Both the position numbers and the translations under genes were made by a program. Under the pieces are notes generated by a model. That model had not been told where the DNA came from, made no database searches, and saw only the letters and a program-made list of their open reading frames with translations. A stretch of 64,000 nt of DNA. Source: Anaerolineae bacterium. GTDB lineage: Bacteria; Chloroflexota; Anaerolineae; DUEN01. Shown here in pieces: positions 58,824-64,000 of this stretch; the first letter of the stretch is position 1, and each line of letters opens with the position of its first letter. The DNA lies in contig DAOUBB010000153.1 of assembly GCA_034432955.1 (NCBI GenBank), forward strand, positions 4,321-68,320, in the 5' to 3' direction.

Positions 58824-59975
58824 TCAACCCACTGGCCCATACTCCACGGCCGCCTCGTACATCGCGTTGATGTTCTCCACCGGCGAGCCGGGGGCGATGT
58901 TGTTGCCGTCCTGGATGATCAACCCCCGATAGCGCCCCAGCTTTTCGATCACCCGGCGCGTGGCAGCCTTCACCTCTTCGGGCGTGCCGTAGCGGATCAG
59001 CAACGGGTTGACGTTGCCGTCTAGGACGATGCGGCCCCCCATCACCTCACCGATCCGGTCCAGATCTACCTCCCAGCCGAACCCCTGGTACTCGTGGATC
59101 TTCAGCTCGTCGGCGAAGATGGGTAGCAGGTGATCGGTGTGGCCGCACATGTGGAAGCTGACCCAGCCGTCGAAGTGAAAGCGCAGCTTCTGCTCGAATG
59201 GGAGCACCAGATCGCGGTACGTCTCGGCCGACAGGTATGCGGCCAGATCGTCGGTCCAGGCGAAATCGCGATGGGGGAGTTTCAGCTCTTGCCAGCAGAA
59301 GTCCAGGTACTCGATGATCTTGTCGGTGACGATGCTTAATAGCTCTCGCACGAACTCCGGGCGCTCTTTGATTGCCAGAAACATCTCCGTCTGCCCCATC
59401 AGGTCGGCGGCCACCGTGAACGGGCCGTGCGACGTATGGGTGAAGACCGGGCTGGCGCCCGGATAGAAAATCGGGCCGCCCAGAAAGCGGACGGGATACT
59501 TCTCAGCGACAGCCATCATCCGCTGGCGATATTCGATCGCCTTCCCGTGCAGGCCGTTGTGGATCACATCCATCCTTTCCAGCTTGCGCAGGTCCCGGTC
59601 GGTCTTCACCCAGCCTCCGCATACCCAAGGGATGTCGTCGGGCGGGAAGATCACCTCACAGCCCAGGGCTGACTGCTCGCTGGTGTTCTGGAAGTCAGTC
59701 CAGGCGCCCACCCAGGCGCCGGTGATCGAATATTGGTCGGTCTTGATGTGCTCCATCAGCCACTTCTGGCCCAGGATCTGCGAGCGGAGCATGACCTCCG
59801 GATCGTGGTAGTAGTCGGCGAAGCGGACGCCGATGGCCGGCAACAGGTAGCGATAGTTGATGGCCGGGATGACCGCCACGCGGTCGGTGGGCTCAAAGTG
59901 TTTGGTCTTCGCCACGCGCGCTCGTCGCGCCTCGATCTCCTCGATGGGGACGGCAATCTCGATCACGGCGTGCAT
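58824..59975 (-). CDS. Uroporphyrinogen decarboxylase (URO-D/MT2) family protein
   Basis: GPFTVAADL, TDD, FHMCG, GNVNP...GTPEEV, PG.PVENI.AM. Confidence 0.88.
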   Translation of the reverse strand: MHAVIEIAVPIEEIEARRARVAKTKHFEPTDRVAVIPAINYRYLLPAIGVRFADYYHDPEVMLRSQILGQKWLMEHIKTDQYSITGAWVGAWTDFQNTSEQSALGCEVIFPPDDIPWVCGGWVKTDRDLRKLERMDVIHNGLHGKAIEYRQRMMAVAEKYPVRFLGGPIFYPGASPVFTHTSHGPFTVAADLMGQTEMFLAIKERPEFVRELLSIVTDKIIEYLDFCWQELKLPHRDFAWTDDLAAYLSAETYRDLVLPFEQKLRFHFDGWVSFHMCGHTDHLLPIFADELKIHEYQGFGWEVDLDRIGEVMGGRIVLDGNVNPLLIRYGTPEEVKAATRRVIEKLGRYRGLIIQDGNNIAPGSPVENINAMYEAAVEYGPVG

Positions 59976-59987
59976 CTCGATCCTCGT

Positions 59988-60860
59988 CTACTTGATCGCC
60001 CCTCGCGTGAGCCCCGCCACGATCAGCCGCTGGAAGAAGACCACCAACAGCAGCACCGGGAGGATCATCGCCACGCTCAGCGCGCTCATGAGGTCCCACG
60101 GCCGGCCGGCGCCCATGGCCGGGTCCACCTGCATCTCCACCAACCCCACGCTCAACGTCTTGGTGAAGCGATTCGTGGCAAAGACCAGCGGATACAGCAA
60201 CTCGTTCCACGAGATGATGAAATTGATGATGATCATCGTCGCCAGCGCCGGCTTGACGATGGGGACCACCACCCTCAGCAGCACCTGCGGCAGGCTCGCC
60301 CCGTCCATGATCGCCGCCTCCTCGATCTCAGCCGGGATCTGTTGGATGAAGGAGACCAGGATCCAGACGGTGAAAGGGGTGATCAGGCTGGACATGAGCA
60401 AGATCAGCCCGTGATATCGGTTGACCATGTTCAGGGCTTTGAACACCTCGAAGAGAGGGACCAGCGTGCCGATCTGAGGCAGCGCAATGGAGAGGATGAA
60501 GCCCATGAAAACGACGTTGCTGCCGCGAAAGCGGATGCGGGCCAGGGCGTAGCTAGCCAGGAAGGAGAGGGCGACCGAGACCACGCTAGAGCCGAGGGCG
60601 AAGATCAGGGAGTTGCGGAAGTACCGGAAAAACGGGATGTTGCGCGTCATATTGACATAATTTTCCAGTGTCAATTCCGTGGGCCAGTACCTCGGCGGGA
60701 TCGAGAACATCTGATACTTGGGCGTGACCGAAGAGATCAGAATCCAGTAAAACGGCAATAAGGTCACGAACAGGAATAAGAGCACAAGCAGATACAGGAA
60801 GGCCCGGTCAGCCCATGCCTGTGCGCGCTGGGTCAGAAGGTTCGTACCCTTTGTCTGCAT
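59988..60860 (-). CDS. Carbohydrate ABC transporter permease (MalG-like)
   Basis: EAA loop IPAEIEEAAIMDGAS, SWNELLYP. Confidence 0.95.
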   Translation of the reverse strand: MQTKGTNLLTQRAQAWADRAFLYLLVLLFLFVTLLPFYWILISSVTPKYQMFSIPPRYWPTELTLENYVNMTRNIPFFRYFRNSLIFALGSSVVSVALSFLASYALARIRFRGSNVVFMGFILSIALPQIGTLVPLFEVFKALNMVNRYHGLILLMSSLITPFTVWILVSFIQQIPAEIEEAAIMDGASLPQVLLRVVVPIVKPALATMIIINFIISWNELLYPLVFATNRFTKTLSVGLVEMQVDPAMGAGRPWDLMSALSVAMILPVLLLVVFFQRLIVAGLTRGAIK

Positions 60861-60922
60861 GGGTATCCTCCGCAAGGGAGCAAGTCAGCGAAGAGCGAGC
60901 CAACGTGCCCATGGGTGATGCC

Positions 60923-61864
60923 TCAGTACAGCACCTCGACACGCCGGTAGATCAGCAGGCCGATGCCGCCGACGACGCCGACCGTCACAAACAGGATCAG
61001 GCTCAAGGCAGACGCATAGCCGAAGTTGAGGCCGCCGAACGCCTCGCGGTAGATGTTATAGGCCAGCACCTGGGTGGCGAAGCCCGGCCCGCCGCCCGTC
61101 ATACTGTAGATCAGGTCGAAGGCGGCCAGTTGCCACACCAGCATGAACAGCCCCATCGTGGTCGCCTGGGGCAGGACGAGCGGGACGGTGATGAACCGGA
61201 ACGTCTGCAGGCGATTGGCCCCGTCCACCCGTGCCGCTTCGTACAGCTCGGCCGGCACCCCTTGCAACGCCGCCAGAAAGACGATGGCCAGAAAAGGGGT
61301 GCTCTTCCAGATGTTGGTCATGGTGATGGCCGCGCGCGCGCCCCAAAAGTGGATCAGCCAGGGGAACCGGATACCGGTCAGGCGTCGCAGGAGGTCGTTG
61401 ATGATCCCATAGTCCACGTCGTACATCCAGCGGAAGCCGATGGCGGCCACGACCATGGGAATCGCCCAGGGGATCAGGTTCACAGTGCGGGCGAACCCGC
61501 GCAGCCTGAACTGGCTGTTGAGCAGCGAGGCGACCAGCAGCCCGAAGATCAGTTGAAAAGCGGTGGAGACCACCACGAACAGGATGGTGAACGAGATGCT
61601 GCTGCGCACGGCGATATCCTGGCTCAGCTTCCAGAAGTTGCCGAGCCCGATGAAGCGGCTCGGAGGAAAGGCGGGGTTGTACTCAAAGAAGCTCAGATAG
61701 ATGGTGTGAAAGAAGGGGTAGACAGCCGTGAACAATCGCAGGCCGATCGCCGGCAATAGCAGCAACGCCGCCGTCAGATATCGTCGCCCGGCCAGGCCGG
61801 CTACGCTGCGCGGTCGCGCCCGGACGCTGGCTGCCGATAGGGTTGCGTTCGTCTGTAAACCCAT
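60923..61864 (-). CDS. Carbohydrate ABC transporter permease (MalF-like)
   Basis: ELYEAARVDGA, IWKSTPF. Confidence 0.95.
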   Translation of the reverse strand: MGLQTNATLSAASVRARPRSVAGLAGRRYLTAALLLLPAIGLRLFTAVYPFFHTIYLSFFEYNPAFPPSRFIGLGNFWKLSQDIAVRSSISFTILFVVVSTAFQLIFGLLVASLLNSQFRLRGFARTVNLIPWAIPMVVAAIGFRWMYDVDYGIINDLLRRLTGIRFPWLIHFWGARAAITMTNIWKSTPFLAIVFLAALQGVPAELYEAARVDGANRLQTFRFITVPLVLPQATTMGLFMLVWQLAAFDLIYSMTGGGPGFATQVLAYNIYREAFGGLNFGYASALSLILFVTVGVVGGIGLLIYRRVEVLY

Positions 61865-61884
61865 GGGGGATCTCTCCGACAAGT

Positions 61885-61971
61885 GGTCAGCGGTCAGCTT
61901 TCAGCATCGGCGTTGGACTCCTCTGGGGTGGCCGATCGCCGATGGCTGATCGCTGACCGCTGACAGCTGAC
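61885..61971. repeat. Heptamer tandem repeats forming an inverted repeat (STRR-like)
   Basis: GGTCAGC GGTCAGC TTTCAGC ATCGGCG ... GCCGATC GCCGATG GCTGATC GCTGACC GCTGACA GCTGAC. Confidence 0.8.
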
Positions 61972-61975
61972 TCGT

Positions 61976-63283
61976 TTATCCGAGCGCCTGGATCCGCTCG
62001 GCGCCCTGCTTCATGGCCTCCTCGAGCGAGATCTGCTTGGTCAGGAAGAGCGAGCCCACGTCGTCCACCACGCTCTGGGCCTCGGGCACTTTTTCGTGGA
62101 AGGGGCGAGGGGCAGGCACGTTGTTGTCAATGTACATCTTCATGTACGGCACCAACCCCTCATTGCCCATCGCGTCCAGGATGGACTTGCGCGGCATGAC
62201 GAACCAGCTCTGCCCTCTCGCCAGAATGGGCGCGTTCTCGTTGTTGGTGATCCAGGCGATGAGGTCCAGCGCTTCCGGCTTATGGGGGGCGAACTTGGGC
62301 ACGCTGAAGCCCCATCCACCCCACCAGCTCTTGGCGCCGGCCGGCCCCGCCGGCGGCAGGGTGATCTCGGCCTTGCCCTCCTGGTACCACGCCGTATTGC
62401 CGCGCGAGACGCCCCAGAAGTATGGCCACTGCCGCATCATCGCCACGCGGTCCTTCATGTACTCGTCGTTCTGCTGCGTGTAGTCAATGCTGAGCGCCTT
62501 CTCCGGCAGGATCTTGTGGGTGTAGATGAGGTCGTAGACGAACTGGAAGGCCTGGGCCGTCTTCTCATCGAACTTGAAGATCTCACCGCCGGTTTGCGAC
62601 GTGATGTAGGCCAGATAGACGTACATCAGCCCCGGCTTGATGAGGGCCTCGATGGTGCCGTAGGTGTTCTCGGTGGTGAACTCCTTGCCGATGGTGATGA
62701 ACTCATCCCAGTTCTTGGGCGGCTGGATCCCCTTCTCGTCGAACCAGTCCTTGCGGTACCAGAAGTAGCCGATGGCAAATTCATGGGGGACGCGGTACCG
62801 GTGACCCTGATAGCTGTGCCAGATCTCGATCTGACTCTTGAAGATCTCGGGGAAGTCCGCCCAGGTCTCGGCGGGGATGACGTCATCCAGTGGCTCGATC
62901 CAGCCGGCTCGATAAAAAGATGGGCCGGAGTCGTCGGCGTCGCTGAAGACGTCCACCGGGCTGGTGCCGGCCTGGAAGGCGGGCGCGTACTTGGTAACCA
63001 TCTCCTGGCCGGTGGTGGGGCCGCTCTCCAGCTCCACCTTGTGGCCTGTCTTCGCGGTCCAGGCGTCCAGGACGGGACGCATGGCGTCATGGGCGAAGGC
63101 CTGGATCGCCAGCACCAGCGTCTTCTTTTCGGCCGGCGCGAGTTTGGCCTCTTCCTTGGTGGGCGCCGGGGCCGGCGCGGCGGGGGTAGCGGGCGGCACG
63201 CAGGCAGCCAGGGCTACACTGGTCGCGGTCACCCCCGCCATCCGCAAGAACTCACGACGTGAAAACCTCTCTTTGTGAGACAT
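61976..63283 (-). CDS. Sugar ABC transporter solute-binding protein, Tat-exported lipoprotein
   Basis: Twin-arginine SRREFLR, lipobox LAAC, Pro/Ala linker, family 1 SBP fold motifs. Confidence 0.93.
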   Translation of the reverse strand: MSHKERFSRREFLRMAGVTATSVALAACVPPATPAAPAPAPTKEEAKLAPAEKKTLVLAIQAFAHDAMRPVLDAWTAKTGHKVELESGPTTGQEMVTKYAPAFQAGTSPVDVFSDADDSGPSFYRAGWIEPLDDVIPAETWADFPEIFKSQIEIWHSYQGHRYRVPHEFAIGYFWYRKDWFDEKGIQPPKNWDEFITIGKEFTTENTYGTIEALIKPGLMYVYLAYITSQTGGEIFKFDEKTAQAFQFVYDLIYTHKILPEKALSIDYTQQNDEYMKDRVAMMRQWPYFWGVSRGNTAWYQEGKAEITLPPAGPAGAKSWWGGWGFSVPKFAPHKPEALDLIAWITNNENAPILARGQSWFVMPRKSILDAMGNEGLVPYMKMYIDNNVPAPRPFHEKVPEAQSVVDDVGSLFLTKQISLEEAMKQGAERIQALG

Positions 63284-63375
63284 AGTTCCCTCCTGCTCCT
63301 TTGAAAGGACTGAAAGGTTCACAGCAGACTACGGGATAGCCACGCCATCCCGTGACCTCCGCTTTGACGAGATGG

Positions 63376-63999
63376 CTAAGGAGCCGAGGTCACCATCTGC
63401 CCGGCTCGGCTCCAATTCCTCCTTTCCACCATGTCCACAAGGGGCTGATCTCGCAGATAGGCCCCACAGGAATGGCGGACGATCAACCTCGTGGGCAGGA
63501 TGTGTCGCTCGATTCCGGGGGATCGCCCTTGGATCTTGCGGATGATCACCTCCGCAGCCGTCTTCCCCATCTCGAAGATCGGCTGCGCGATGGTGGTGAG
63601 CGGCACATCCAGGTGCGCCGCGATGTCCAGATCGTCGAATCCCACCAGCCCCAGGTCTTGCGGCACGGTCAGGCCCAGGGTATGGGCCGCCCGGCGCACC
63701 GCCAGAGCCAACTGGTCATTGGCCGCGAACACCGCGGTTGGACGCGGCTCCCGCCGGAGAAACTCGGCCAGGGCATCCAGGTCAATGGTCGGGTATCCCT
63801 CTACCTCACACTCGAACGCGGGGTCCACCGGCAGCCCGGCTTCCTCCAACGCGCACCGGTAGCCGGCGCGGCGATGCTCCATGGTGATGGCCGGATCGCG
63901 CCAGCTCACGAAGGCGATCCGGCGATGCCCCAGCCGCAGCAGATGCTGGGTCGCCCGTAGCCCGCCGCCGAAGTTGTCGCTGGTCACATAGTCGGTGTG
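63376..63999 (-). CDS. LacI/AraR-type sugar-binding transcription regulator, C-terminal part
   Basis: V.SDNFGGG, LGHRRIAF, RPTAVFAANDQLA, VPQDLGLVGFDD, LTTIAQP; runs off the window. Confidence 0.92.
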   Translation of the reverse strand, partial: HTDYVTSDNFGGGLRATQHLLRLGHRRIAFVSWRDPAITMEHRRAGYRCALEEAGLPVDPAFECEVEGYPTIDLDALAEFLRREPRPTAVFAANDQLALAVRRAAHTLGLTVPQDLGLVGFDDLDIAAHLDVPLTTIAQPIFEMGKTAAEVIIRKIQGRSPGIERHILPTRLIVRHSCGAYLRDQPLVDMVERRNWSRAGQMVTSAP

Positions 64000-64000
64000 C

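Noticed and set aside
63302-63353. Operator for the LacI/AraR-type regulator (TGAAAGG direct repeat plus hairpin)
   Set aside because: It is not a recognisable palindromic operator, and the regulator's DNA-binding domain is outside the window, so no assignment is possible.
102-63862. Numerous long antisense or alternate-frame ORFs in the track (e.g. 1724-2914, 2948-4042, 4643-6091, 20226-21578, 38020-39318, 62096-63262)
   Set aside because: They overlap well-supported genes and lack RBS or family motifs; such shadow ORFs are expected in high-GC DNA.

Overview
High-GC bacterial chromosomal segment, most likely from a Chloroflexota (Anaerolineae/Caldilineae-like) genome; this is inferred from gene content and repeat styles, not searched. 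It holds about 41 protein genes and one tRNA-Arg(CCT). Housekeeping and metabolic genes include tlyA, rsmI, ugd, acpS, guaA, an FNR-type reductase, an FtsH-like protein and a two-gene pyruvate:ferredoxin oxidoreductase. There are also two GH38 alpha-mannosidases, a heterodimeric ABC exporter, three tandem M16 peptidases and two signalling loci. No CRISPR array, transposase, integrase or rRNA is visible. The most notable items are: (1) a sugar-import operon (54.8-64 kb) joining GH38 to a ferritin-like (DUF455-like) didomain protein and an atypical URO-D-family protein, a candidate uncharacterised glycoside-processing pathway; (2) an unannotated 39-aa leader peptide with a complete terminator/antiterminator attenuator upstream of the ABC exporter; (3) REP-like and heptamer repeats inserted in frame into at least three enzymes; (4) a PHP-Schlafen fusion, a coiled-coil PD-(D/E)XK nuclease with 42-bp repeats and an S41 pseudoprotease; (5) several gene remnants (xpt, an NTPase N-terminus, a frameshifted response regulator) and a small membrane protein missed by the ORF track. 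Family assignments are from motif recognition by eye, and start codons were adjusted using RBS evidence.
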